Positions 30,001-41,959 of a stretch of DNA of 64,000 nucleotides are shown piece by piece; the stretch's first letter is position 1; each line of letters starts with the position of its first letter. This DNA is from Eledone cirrhosa (lineage: Eukaryota). The notes below the pieces were generated by a model. It ran no database searches, was not told the origin of the DNA, and was given only the letters and a program-made list of their open reading frames with translations. A program made the translations under genes and the position numbers. The stretch covers positions 75,206,001-75,270,000 of the forward strand of contig OZ024743.1 in assembly GCA_964016885.1 (NCBI GenBank). The letters run 5' to 3'.

Positions 30001-33000
30001 AACGTCAGATAGTACAGTTGTTGGTATTGGTAGAGTCGTTAGAACGTCAGATAGAATAGTTTGTGGTATTGGTAGAGTCGTTAGAACGTCAGATAGAATA
30101 GTTTGTGTTATTGGTAGAGTCGTTAGAACGTCAGATAGAATAGTTTGTGGTATTGGTAGAGTTGTTAGAACGTCAGATAGAATAGTTTGTGGTATTGGTA
30201 GATTCGTTAGAACGTCAGATAGAATAGTTTCTAGTAATGGTAGAGTCGTTAGAACGTCAGATAGAATAGTTTGTGATATTGGTAGATTCGTTAGAACGTC
30301 AGATAGAATAGTTTGTAGTAATGGTAGAGTCGTTAGAACGTCAGATAGAATAGTTTGTGATATTGGTAGATTCGTTAGAACGTCAGATAGAATGGTTTGT
30401 GGTATTGGTAGAGTCGTTAGAACGTCAGATAGAATAGTTTGTGGCATTGGTAGAGTCGTTAGAACGTCAGATAGAATACATTGTGGTATTGGTAGAATCG
30501 TTAGAACGTCAGTTAGTACAGTTGTTGGTAATGGTAGAGTCGTTAGAACGTCAGATAGAATAGTTTGTGGTATTGGTAGAGTCGTTAGAACGTCAGATAG
30601 AATAGTTTGTGGTATTGGTAGAGTCGTTAGAACGTCAGATAGAATAGTTTGTGGCATTGGTAGAGTCGTTAGAACGTCAGATAGAATACATTGTGGTATT
30701 GGTAGAATCGTTAGAACGTCAGTTAGTACAGTTGTTGGTAATGGTAGAGTCGTTAGAACGTCAGATAGAATAGTTTGTGGTATTGGTAGAGTCGTTAGAA
30801 CGTCAGATAGAATAGTTTGTGGTATTGGTAGAGTCGTTAGAACGTCAGATAGAATAGTTTGTGGTATTGGTAGAGTCGTTAGAACGTCAGATAGAATAGT
30901 TTGTGGTATTGGTAGAGTCGTTAGAACGTCAGATAGAATAGTTTGTGGTATTGGTAGAGTCGTTAGAACGTCAGATAGAATAGTTTGTGGTATTGGTAGA
31001 GTCGTTAGAACGTCAGATAGAATAGTTTGTGGCATTGGTAGAGTCGTTAGAACGTCAGATAGAATAGTTTGTGGTATTGGTAGAGTCGTTAGAGAGTCAG
31101 ATAGAATAGTTTGTGGTATTGGTAGAGTCGTTAGAACGCCAGATAGAATAGTTTGTGGTATTGGTAGAGTCGTTAGAACGTCAGTTAGAACAGTTTGTGG
31201 TATTGGTAGAGTCGTTAGAACGTCAGTTAGAATAGTTTGTGGTATTGGTAGAGTCGTTAGAACGTCAGATAGAATAGTTTGTGGTATTGGTAGATTCGTT
31301 AGAACGTCAGATAAAATACATTGTGGTATTGGTAGAGTCATTAGAACGTCTAATAGAATAGTTTGTGGTATTGGTAGAGTCCTTAGAACGTCAGATAGAA
31401 TAGTTTGTGGTATTGGTAGAGTCCTTAGAACGTCAGATAAAATAGTTTGTGGTATTGGTAGAGTCGTTAGAACGTTAGATAAAATAGTTTGTGGTATTAG
31501 TAGAATGATTAGAACGTCAGATAGAACAGTTTGTGGTATTGGTAGAGTCGTTAGAACGTCAGATAGAATAGTTTGTGATATTCGTAGAATCGTTAGAACG
31601 TCAGATAGAATAGTTTGTGGTATTGGTAGAGTCGTTAGAACGTCAGATAGAATACATTGTGGTATTGGTAGAATCGTTAGAACGTCAGATAGAATAGTTT
31701 GTGATATTGGTAGAGTCGTTAGAACGTCAGATAGAATACATTGTGGTATTGGTAGAATCGTTAGAACGTCAGATAGAATAGTTTGTGATATTGGTAGAGT
31801 CCTTAGAACGTCAGATAGAATAGTTTGTGGTATTGGTAGAGTCGTTAGAACGTCAGATAGAATAGTTTGTGGTATTGGTAGTGTCGTTAGAACGTGAGAT
31901 AGAATAGTTTGTGGTATTGGTAGAGTCGGTAGAACGTCAGATAAAATAGTTTGTGGTATTAGTAGAGTCCTTACAACGTCAGATAGAATAGTTTGTGGTA
32001 TTGGTAGAGTCCTTAGAACGTCAGATAGAATAGTTTGTGGTATTGGTAGAGTCGTTAGAACGTCAGATAGAATAGTTTGTGGTATTGGTAGAGTCATTAG
32101 AACGTCAGATAGAACAGTTTGTGGTATTGGTAGAGTCCTTAGAACGTCAGATAGAATAGTTAGTGGTATTGGTAGAGTCGTTGAAACGTCAGATAGAATA
32201 GTTTGTGGTATTGGTAGAGTCGTTAGAACGTCAGATAGAACAGTTTGTGGTAATGGTAGAGTCTTTAGAACGTCAGATAGAACAGTTTGTGGTATTGGTA
32301 GAGTCGTTAGAGAGTCAGATAGAATACATTGTAGTAATGGTAGAGTCTTTAGAACGTCAGATAGAGTTATTTGTGGTATTGGTAGAGTCTTTAGAACGTC
32401 AGATAGAACAGTTTGTGGTATTGGTAGAGTCGTTAGAGTGTCAGTTAGAATGGTTTGTGGTAATGGTAGAGTCGTTAGAACATCAGATAGAATAGTTTGT
32501 GGTATTGATAGAGTCGATAGAACGTCAGATAGAATGGTTTGTGGTAATGGTAGAGTCGTTAGAACATCAGATAGAATAGTTTGTGGTATTGGTAGAGTCG
32601 TTAGAACGTCAGATAGAATAGTTTGTGGTATTGGTAGAGTCGTTAGAACATCAGATAGAATAGTTTGTGGTATTGGTAGAGTCGTTAGAACGTCAGTTAG
32701 AACAGTTTGTGGTATTGGTAGAGTCGTTAGAACATCAGATAGAATAGTTTGTGGTATTGGTAGAGTCGTTAGAACGTCAGATAGAACAGTTTGTGGTATT
32801 GGTAGAGTCGTTAGAACGTCAGTTAGAACAGTTTGTTGTATTGGTAGAGTCGTTAGAGTGTCAGTTAGAACAGTTTGTGGTATTGGTAGAGTCGTTCGAA
32901 CGTTAGATAGAATAGTTTGTGATATTGGTAGAGTCGTTAGAACGTCAGATAGAATAGTTTGTGGTATTGGTAGAGTCGTTAGAATGTCAGATAGGATAGT

Positions 33001-36000
33001 TTATGGTATTGGTAGAGTGGTTAGAACGTCAGATAGAACAGTTTGTGGTATTGGTAGAGTCGTTAGAACGTCAGATAGAATAGTTTGTGGTATTGGTAGA
33101 GTCGTTAGAACGTCAGTTAGAACAGTTTGTTGTATTGGTAGAGTCGTTAGAGTGTCAGTTAGAACAGTTTGTGGTATTGGTAGAGTCGTTCGAACGTTAG
33201 ATAGAATAGTTTGTGATATTGGTAGAGTCGTTAGAACGTCAGATAGAATAGTTTGTGTTATTGGTAGAGTCTTTAGAACGTCAGATAGAATAGTTTGTGA
33301 TATTGGTAGAGTCGTTAGAACGTCAGATAGTACAGTTTGTGGTAATGGTAGAGTCGGTAGAACGTCAGATAGAATAGTTTGTGGTATTGGTAGAGTCGTT
33401 AGAACGTCAGATAGAATAGTTTGTGGTATTGGTAGAATCGTTAGAACGTCAGATAGAATAGTTTGTGATATTGGTAGAGTCGTTAGAACGTCAGATAGAA
33501 TACATTGTGGTATTGGTAGAATCGTTAGAACGTCAGATAGAATAGTTTGTGATATTGGTAGAGTCCTTAGAACGTCAGATAGAATAGTTTGTGGTATTGG
33601 TAGAGTCGTTAGAACGTCAGATAGAATAGTTTGTGGTATTGGTAGTGTCGTTAGAACGTGAGATAGAATAGTTTGTGGTATTGGTAGAGTCGGTAGAACG
33701 TCAGATAAAATAGTTTGTGGTATTAGTAGAGTCCTTACAACGTCAGATAGAATAGTTTGTGGTATTGGTAGAGTCCTTAGAACGTCAGATAGAATAGTTT
33801 GTGGTATTGGTAGAGTCGTTAGAACGTCAGATAGAATAGTTTGTGGTATTGGTAGAGTCATTAGAACGTCAGATAGAACAGTTTGTGGTATTGGTAGAGT
33901 CCTTAGAACGTCTGATAGAATAGTTAGTGGTATTGGTAGAGTCGTTGAAACGTCAGATAGAATAGTTTGTGGTATTGGTAGAGTCGTTAGAACGTCAGAT
34001 AGAACAGTTTGTGGTAATGGTAGAGTCTTTAGAACGTCAGATAGAACAGTTTGTGGTATTGGTAGAGTCGTTAGAGAGTCAGATAGAATACATTGTAGTA
34101 ATGGTAGAGTCTTTAGAACGTCAGATAGAGTTATTTGTGGTATTGGTAGAGTCTTTAGAACGTCAGATAGAACAGTTTGTGGTATTGGTAGAGTCGTTAG
34201 AGTGTCAGTTAGAATGGTTTGTGGTAATGGTAGAGTCGTTAGAACATCAGATAGAATAGTTTGTGGTATTGGTAGAGTCGATAGAACGTCAGATAGAATG
34301 GTTTGTGGTAATGGTAGAGTCGTTAGAACATCAGATAGAATAGTTTGTGGTATTGGTAGAGTCGTTAGAACGTCAGATAGAATAGTTTGTGGTATTGGTA
34401 GAGTCGTTAGAACATCAGATAGAATAGTTTGTGGTATTGGTAGAGTCGTTAGAACGTCAGTTAGAACAGTTTGTGGTATTGGTAGAGTCGTTAGAACATC
34501 AGATAGAATAGTTTGTGGTATTGGTAGAGTCGTTAGAACGTCAGATAGAACAGTTTGTGGTATTGGTAGAGTCGTTAGAACGTCAGTTAGAACAGTTTGT
34601 TGTATTGGTAGAGTCGTTAGAGTGTCAGTTAGAACAGTTTGTGGTATTGGTAGAGTCGTTCGAACGTTAGATAGAATAGTTTGTGATATTGGTAGAGTCG
34701 TTAGAACGTCAGATAGAATAGTTTGTGGTATTGGTAGAGTCGTTAGAATGTCAGATAGGATAGTTTATGGTATTGGTAGAGTGGTTAGAACGTCAGATAG
34801 AACAGTTTGTGGTATTGGTAGAGTCGTTAGAACGTCAGATAGAATAGTTTGTGGTATTGGTAGAGTCGTTAGAACGTCAGTTAGAACAGTTTGTTGTATT
34901 GGTAGAGTCGTTAGAGTGTCAGTTAGAACAGTTTGTGGTATTGGTAGAGTCGTTCGAACGTTAGATAGAATAGTTTGTGATATTGGTAGAGTCGTTAGAA
35001 CGTCAGATAGAATAGTTTGTGTTATTGGTAGAGTCTTTAGAACGTCAGATAGAATAGTTTGTGATATTGGTAGAGTCGTTAGAACGTCAGATAGTACAGT
35101 TTGTGGTAATGGTAGAGTCGGTAGAACGTCAGATAGAATAGTTTGTGGTATTGGTAGAGTCGTTAGAACGTCAGATAGAATAGTTTGTGGTATTGGTAGA
35201 GTCGTTAGAACGTCAGATAGAATACATTGTGGTATTGGTAGAGTCGTTAGAACGTCAGTTAGAACAGTTTGTGGTATTGGTAGAGTCGTTAGAACGTCAG
35301 TTAGAACAGTTTGTGGTATTGGTAGAGTCGTTAGAACGTCAGATAGAATAGTTTGTGGTATTGGTAGAGTCGTTAGAACGCCAGATAGAACAGTTTGTGG
35401 TATTGGTAGAGTTGTTAGTACGTCAGATAGAATAGTTTGTGGTAATGGTAGAGTCGTTAGAATGTCAGATACAATAGTTTGTGGTATTGGTAGAGTCGTT
35501 AGAACGTCAGATAGAACAGTTTGTGGTATTGGTAGAGTCGTTAGAACGTCAGATAGAATAGTTTGAGATATTGGTAGAGTCGTTAGAACGTCAGATAGAA
35601 CAGTTTGTGGTATAGGTAGAGTCTTTAGAACGTCAGATAGAATAGTTTGAGATATTGGTAGAGTCGTTAGAACGTCAGATAGAACAGTTTGTGGTATTGG
35701 TAGAGTCGTTAGAACGTCAGATAGAACAGTTTGTGGTATTGGAAGAGTTGTTAGAACGTCAGATAGATTAGTTTGTGGCATTGGTAGAGTCGTTAGAACG
35801 TCAGATAGAATAGTTTGTGGTAATGGTAGAGTCATTAGAACGTCAGATAGAACAGTTTGTGGTATTGGTAGAGTCGTTAGAACGTCAGATAGAACTGTTT
35901 GTGGTATTGACAGAATCGTTAGAACGTCAGATAGAATAGTTTGTGGTGTTGGTAGAGTCGTTAGAACGTCAGATAGAACAGTTTGTGGTATTGGTAGAGT

Positions 36001-38974
36001 CGTTAGAGAGTCAGATAGAATAGTTTGTAGTAATGGTAGAGTCTTTAGAACGTCAGATAGAGTTATTTGTGGTATTGGTAGAGTCTTTAGAACGTCAGAT
36101 AGAACAGTTTGTGGTATTGGTAGAGTCGTTAGAGTGTCAGTTAGAATGGTTTGTGGTAATGGTAGAGTCGTTAGAACATCAGATAGAATAGTTTGTGGTA
36201 TTGGTAGAGTCGATATAACGTCAGATAGAATAGTTTGTGGTAATGGTAGAGTCGTTAGAACGTCAGTTAGAACAGTTTGTGGTATTGGTAGAGTCGTTAG
36301 AACGTTACATAGAATAGTTTGTGGTAATGGTAGAGTCGTTAGAACGTCAGATAAAATAGTTTGTGGTATTGGTAGAGTCGTTAGAACGTCAGTTAGAACA
36401 GTTTGTGGTATTGGTAGAGTCGTTAGAACGTTAGATAGAATAGTTTGTGATATTGGTAGAGTCGTTAGAACGTCAGATAGAATAGTTTGTGGTATTGGTA
36501 GAGTCGTTAGAACGTCAGATAGTACAGTTGTTGGTAATGGTAGTGTCGTTAGAACGTCAGATAGAATAGTTTGTGGTATTGGTAGAGTCGTTAGAACGTC
36601 AGATAGAATAGTTTGTGGTATTGGTAGAGTCGTTAGAACGTCAGATAGAATAGTTTGTGGTATTGGTAGAGTCGTTAGAACGTCAGATAGAATAGTTTGT
36701 GGTATTGGTAGAGTCGTTAGAACGTCAGATAGAATAGTTTGTGGTATTGGTAGAGTCGTTAGAACGTCAGATAGAACAGTTTGTGTTATTGGTAGAGTCG
36801 TTAGAACGTCAGATAGAATAGTTTGTGATATTGGTAGAGTCGTTAGAACGTCAGATAGTACAGTTTGTGGTAATGGTAGAGTCGGTAGAACGTCAGATAG
36901 AATAGTTTGTGGTATTGGTAGAGTCGTTAGAACGTCAGATAGAACAGTTTGTGGTATTGGTAGAGTCGTTAGAACGTCAGTTAGAACAGTTTGTGGTATT
37001 GGTAGAGTCGTTAGAACGTCAGATAGAATAGTTTGTGGTATTGGTAGAGTCGTTAGAACGTCAGATAGAACAGTTTGTGGTATTGGTAGAGTCGTTAGAA
37101 CGTCAGATAGAACAGTTTGTGGTATTGGTAGAGTCGTTAGAACGTCAGATAGAACAGTTTGTGGTATTGGTAGAGTCGTTAGAACGTCAGATAGAACAGT
37201 TTGTGGTATTGGTAGAGTCGTTAGAACGTCAGATAGAACAGTTTGTGGTATTGGTAGAGTCGTTAGAACGTCAGATAGAACAGTTTGTGGTATTGGTAGA
37301 GTCGTTAGAACGTCAGATAGAATAGTTTGTGGTATTGGTAGAGTCGTTAGAACGTCAGATAGAACAGTTTGTGGTATTGGTAGAGTCGTTAGAACGTCAG
37401 ATAGAACAGTTTGTGGTATTGGTAGAGTCGTTAGAACGTCAGATAGAACAGTTTGTGGTATTGGTAGAGTCGTTAGAACGTCAGATAGAACAGTTTGTGG
37501 TATTTGTAGAGTCGTTAGAACGTCAGATAGAATAGTTTGTGGTATTGGTAGAGTCGTTAGAACGTCAGATAGAACAGTTTGTGGTATTGGTAGAGTCGTT
37601 AGAACGTCAGATAGAACAGTTTGTGGTATTGGTAGAGTCGTTAGAACGTCAGATAGAACAGTTTGTGGTATTGGTAGAGTCGTTAGAACGTCAGATAGAA
37701 CAGTTTGTGGTACTTGTAGAGTCGTTAGAACGTCAGATAGAATAGTTTGTGGTATTGGTAGAGTCGTTAGAACGTCAGATAGAACAGTTTGTGGTATTGG
37801 TAGAGTCGTTAGAACGTCAGATAGAATAGTTTGTGGTATTGGTAGAGTCGTTAGAACGTCAGATAGAACAGTTTGTGGTATTGGAAGAGTTGTTAGAACG
37901 TCAGATAGATTAGTTTGTGGCATTGGTAGAGTCGTTAGAACGTCAGATAGAATAGTTTGTGGTATTGGTAGAGTCGTTAGAACGTCAGATAGAACAGTTT
38001 GTGGTATTGGTAGAGTCGTTAGAACGTCAGATAGAACAGTTTGTGCTATTGGTAGAGTCGTTAGAGAGTCAGATAGAATAGTTTGTAGTAATGGTAGAGT
38101 CTTTAGAACGTCAGATAGAGTTATTTGTGGTATTGGTAGAGTCGATAGAACGTCAGATAGAATGGTTTGTGGTAATGGTAGAGTCGTTAGAACATCAGAT
38201 AGAATAGTTTGTGGTATTGGTAGAGTCGTTAGAACGTCAGATAGAATAGGTTGTGGTATTGGTAGAGTGAGTAGAACGTCAGATAGAATAGTTTGTGGTA
38301 TTAGTAGAGTCGTTAGAACGTCAGATAGAATAGTTTGAGATATTGGTAGAGTCGTTAGAACGTCAAATAGAATAGTTTGTGGTATTGGAAGAGTTGTTAG
38401 AACGTCAGATAGATTAGTTTGTGGCATTGGTAGAGTCGTTAGAACGTCAGATAGAACAGTTTGTGCTATTGGTAGAGTCGTTAGAACGTCAGATAGAATA
38501 GTTTGTGGTATTGGTAGAGTCGTTAGAACGTCAGATAGAATAGTTTGTGAAATTGGTAGAGTTGTTAGAACGTCAGATAGAATAGGTTGTGGTATTGGTA
38601 GAGTCATTAGAACGGCAGATAGAATAGTTTGTGGTATTGGTAGAGTCGTTAGAACGTCAGATAGAACAGTTTGTGTTATTGGTAGAGTCGTTAGAACGTC
38701 AGATAGAATAGGTTGTGGTATTGGTAGAGTCATTAGAACGGCAGATAGAATAGTTTGTGGTATTGGTAGAGTCGTTAGAACGTCAGATAGAACAGTTTGT
38801 GTTATTGGTAGAGTCGTTAGAACGTCAGATAGAACAGTTTGTGGTATTGGTAGAGTCGATAGAACGTCAGATAGAATAGTTTGTGGTATTGGTAGAGTCG
38901 ATAGAACGTCAGATAGAATAGTTTGTGGTATTGGTAGAGTCGATAGAACGTCAGATAGAATAGTTTGTGGTATT
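1..38974. repeat. 42-bp tandem satellite array, consensus GTAGAGTCGTTAGAACGTCAGATAGAATAGTTTGTGGTATTG, ~928 units, truncated by the window start
   Basis: Continuous 42-bp period, also seen as the 14-aa period of the ORF track. Ends at ...GGTATT|CGTTTCGGC at 38974. Confidence 0.99.
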
Positions 38975-39290
38975 CGTTTCGGCTGTCTGAGTTTAAATCC
39001 TGCCGAGGTCAATTTTACCTTTCATCCATTCAAGGTTGATAAAAGAAAGTACCAGTCTAATACTGGGGTCGATTCTTCCTCTGTCTCTTTCCCACTTCCA
39101 TTCTGTCTATATCATTCTCTTTCCTTCTCTGGAAGAAATCTGCTGTATATCAAACCTTCAGTGGAGATGAGCTCTGCCAGGTTTAAAGAAAAAGCCCTAG
39201 AAACACCGTATGTTAATACAGCCCCTCCCCTTACGACTCTCTCGGGAGTTACGGGACCATACATGCTCCAGCCCAGTGTCTATCAACCAA
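38932..39290 (+). mobile_element. tRNA-derived SINE, long form, whose head is the last satellite unit
   Basis: A-box-like TGGTAGAGTCG (38932) and B-box-like GTTTAAATCC (38991). Core CCGAGGTCAATTTTACCTTTCATCC...AAAGTACCAG...GGGGTCGAT is shared with other SINE copies here. The 3' body is shared with 51752-51880 and 56070-56283. Confidence 0.85.
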
Positions 39291-39355
39291 CATTTATAAT
39301 GTTAACGGTTTTTGTTTTTATCATTATCATTGAGAGAACTTAAATGTCGCAGATA

Positions 39356-39642
39356 TAGATAGGGAACCTTTCGGCCTTCTGAAAGAATCAAAAATTTCAA
39401 ACAAATGTTCTATTTTGATTATGTTTTTGTCTCTCTCTCTCTTATTGTTTTAATTTAAACCATAAGATGAACGTATTTTAAATACCAAAGAGTAAAATAA
39501 CTTCAACGAAACAATTCACACAGACAGACAGAATTAAAATATTGTACATTTTAAGAATATGTAATTATGGTTTCTTGAATGTGGCATCATTATACAAGTA
39601 ACTTAATGTGGCCTTCCAACATGAAAAGGTTCTCCACCTCTA
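39356..39642. mobile_element. Degenerate hAT-like MITE
   Basis: Imperfect terminal inverted repeats TAGATAGGGAACCTTT ... AAAGGTTCTCCACCTCTA, resembling CAGGGGTGGGGAACC-type hAT ends. No clear TSD. Confidence 0.4.
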
Positions 39643-39781
39643 GTGTCTAGTTACTAGTCACGGTTCTTCGTGAACATCTCGATTGATCTACAAATTACAA
39701 GAGACTGTCATAGATGAATGAGTTACGATTACAATGTTAGTTTTATTATCGATAATATTTGTTTAGTGATAAAATGAGAAG

Positions 39782-40065
39782 TCAGTCAATCATATTGGTG
39801 GCCTCCCCGACAGCCCCGGCGGACAGAATGGAGAAGGCGTTTCCCCAGAGGACGGTAAGGGAGACGCGCTGGAAAAGCCATTCCAGCTCGCGGGGCTCAC
39901 ACCTGCGGCTGGCCAGCTCTGCGCCTATGGTGGTGAATAGGGAGGTAGCCCTAGGACCGAGGACACCAGAAGTCTCCACTGCCAAGGGTACAACCGGAAA
40001 CCTGTTGGAGAGCCACCGGTATTTGAGGAATTTGGCCTCCTCAGCCCCACGTGCATTTGTTTCTT
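39782..40065 (-). mobile_element. 3' fragment of a CRE-like non-LTR retrotransposon (restriction-like endonuclease C-terminus)
   Basis: Translates as EEAKFLKY..FPVVPLAVETSGVLGPRA..LFQRVSLTVLWGNAFSIL, matching the K..KY/PLA.ET.G/QR.S...RGNA pattern of CRE-clade RLE domains. Confidence 0.75.
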
Positions 40066-40113
40066 CTTCTGAATTATAAAGTCGTTTTACGACACCATAA
40101 GTAGTTTTAAAAA

Positions 40114-40285
40114 CAGACCTGTCAACTCTCCCCGTCGGACGGGGAGATCTCCTACCTACTTTGGGGTGGGTGAGAGATGTCTTCCGTGTGAAAAGGAGTA
40201 TAGCTTTCAATATGTAAAATCTCCCGTTTTGGGGGCCCTTTTTTATGGTACTCCCCGTTTGAGTTTTTAGAGTTTGGCAGGTCAG
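40114..40285. mobile_element. Small TIR element (MITE)
   Basis: Imperfect TIRs CAGACCTGTCAACTC ... GAGTTTGGCAGGTCAG, flanked on both sides by TAAAAA. Contains internal CTCCC(C)GT repeats and the hairpin CTCCCCGTC-G-GACGGGGAG. Confidence 0.55.
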
Positions 40286-40627
40286 TAAAAAGGTATCACT
40301 GTAACAACTTGAATAAATGTTTAGTAGATTAGCGGAGGGGAACAAGAAAACTGGTTGCGTTAACTTGTTGGCAATCAAATGTCTCTCAGTAATTGAAACC
40401 TCACCGATCTCAATTTTGCCTGGAATCGATATAATCAACTTTCTTCTCCTCCAGGATTTTCTGGACTCGTGTCTAAATTAAAGCCCATTATCTCTGATAT
40501 TTATTGCTGTTGGTGTCGGTTTTGTACAGAAGAGACCTCGGGTCAAAACTGTTTCACCCGTGATTCTCTTGTAGTTTTAAGGGGATTTTTAATTAGATTA
40601 TGTAATGCTGGATTGCCAGTATCGGTA

Positions 40628-40792
40628 GAAGAAGAAGAAGAAGAAGAAGAAGAAGAAGAAGAAGAAGAAGAAGAAGAAGAAGAAGAAGAAGAAGAAGAAG
40701 AAGAAGATGATGATGATGATGATGATGAGGAGGAGGAGGAGGAGGAGGAGGAGGAGGAGGGGGAGGGGGGGAGAAGGAGGAGGAGGAGGAGG
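40628..40792. repeat. Compound microsatellite (GAA)~26(GAT)~7(GAG)~11+
   Basis: Read directly. Accounts for the poly-E/poly-S ORFs. Confidence 0.97.
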
Positions 40793-40920
40793 ATAGAACC
40801 ATCGTATTCAAAACAGAAAAGTAAACAAGAAAACGCAACAAAGCCACCCGTAAAAGACAGAATATTAACCAATAAAACATGGTTGGAGACAACAGAGACA
40901 TAAACACAAATATACAAATG

Positions 40921-41173
40921 AAAAGAAACATGAGGACGAAAGGGTGGGTAAAAGAAACATGAGGACGAAAGGGTGGGTAAAAGAAACATGAGGACGAAAG
41001 GGTGGGTAAAAGAAACATGAGGACGAAAGGGTGGGTAAAAGAAACATGATGACGAAGGATGGGTAAAAGAAACCTGAGGACGAAAGGATGGGTAAAAGAA
41101 ACGTGAGGACGAAAGGATGGGTAAAGAAACCTGAGGACGAAAGGATGGATAAAAGAAACCTGAGGACGAAAGG
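40921..41173. repeat. 29-bp minisatellite AAAAGAAACATGAGGACGAAAGGGTGGGT, ~8.7 copies
   Basis: Period 29 (40921, 40950, 40979...). Copies diverge toward the 3' end. Confidence 0.95.
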
Positions 41174-41450
41174 AGGGAAACTCTGAAAAAAACCTGCGGC
41201 TTCGGAAGCGTCCGATGATGTTGATCAGTTCTCCTTTTCGGGTAGTGTTTTTGATGCTCGGAGAGTGGGATTGGGCGAGTGCAAGGCCTTTCTCCACTTA
41301 AAATACCTTCAAAGCACAGGCATTACTTGTTCAGGATCTGTTACAGGTTCGTGTGGCTGGCCGTAGCCTAAAAGTGCACCAAACTCTATAATCTGACAAG
41401 CGATTGCAATACTCTTAGCAGAGTTTGCAGCCATCATGTATGTATGTATC
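41170..41450 (+). mobile_element. Truncated non-autonomous retroelement with (ATGT)n tail
   Basis: Colinear similarity to 43605-43910 (CTCTGA..AAACC; GAGAGTGGGATTGG; CACTTAAAA..AGCACAGGCAT; GCAGCCATCATGTATG). Confidence 0.65.
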
Positions 41451-41959
41451 TGTTAGGCACGCAGTGACTAACAACAGAATGTTTTAAGTCTGCGTGTATG
41501 ACATACATGCGTAGCTTGTGAATAAAAAATTCAAGGAGTATCGCTGGCCGTGGTGATGCCTCCCAAACATCTTTTGTAATGTATCGTCTTATTGGCTAAT
41601 TTCATCGTCTTATTGGCTAATCAACCAACGAGAGTAATTGTTGCTCAAAAGCATCCACCACTTTGTTTGCACGTTTATTTATCGTTTCACTTTCGAATCT
41701 TCCTCCTGTATTTCGTCGTTTACCATCAAAATATTTTTCTCGTTTTGGTAAGTTATATTGTTAATTTATATATGATTTTTTAAATTTATATTAACTATTA
41801 AAAGTCTGAAAATATTTTTATACATCTTACAATAATATTTATAAGATCATTTATAAAATAACTATTATATAATCCAATTACATTACAACGATAATTTATT
41901 ATTAATATATATCATGTTTAACTAGAGTTATTACAAGCGTTGTCTTAAAAAAATATTAA

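Noticed and set aside
696-39012. Long repeat ORFs as real CDS (mucin-like or BNR-like proteins)
   Set aside because: They follow from a 3n-length unit and are open on both strands. Stops and frameshifts propagate with duplications, variants are largely non-synonymous, and the unit matches a SINE head.
41070-41175. Hammerhead ribozyme core in CTGAGGACGAAA
   Set aside because: CUGANGA and GAAA are separated by one base, so there is no stem II, and I found no stem I/III or cleavage triplet.
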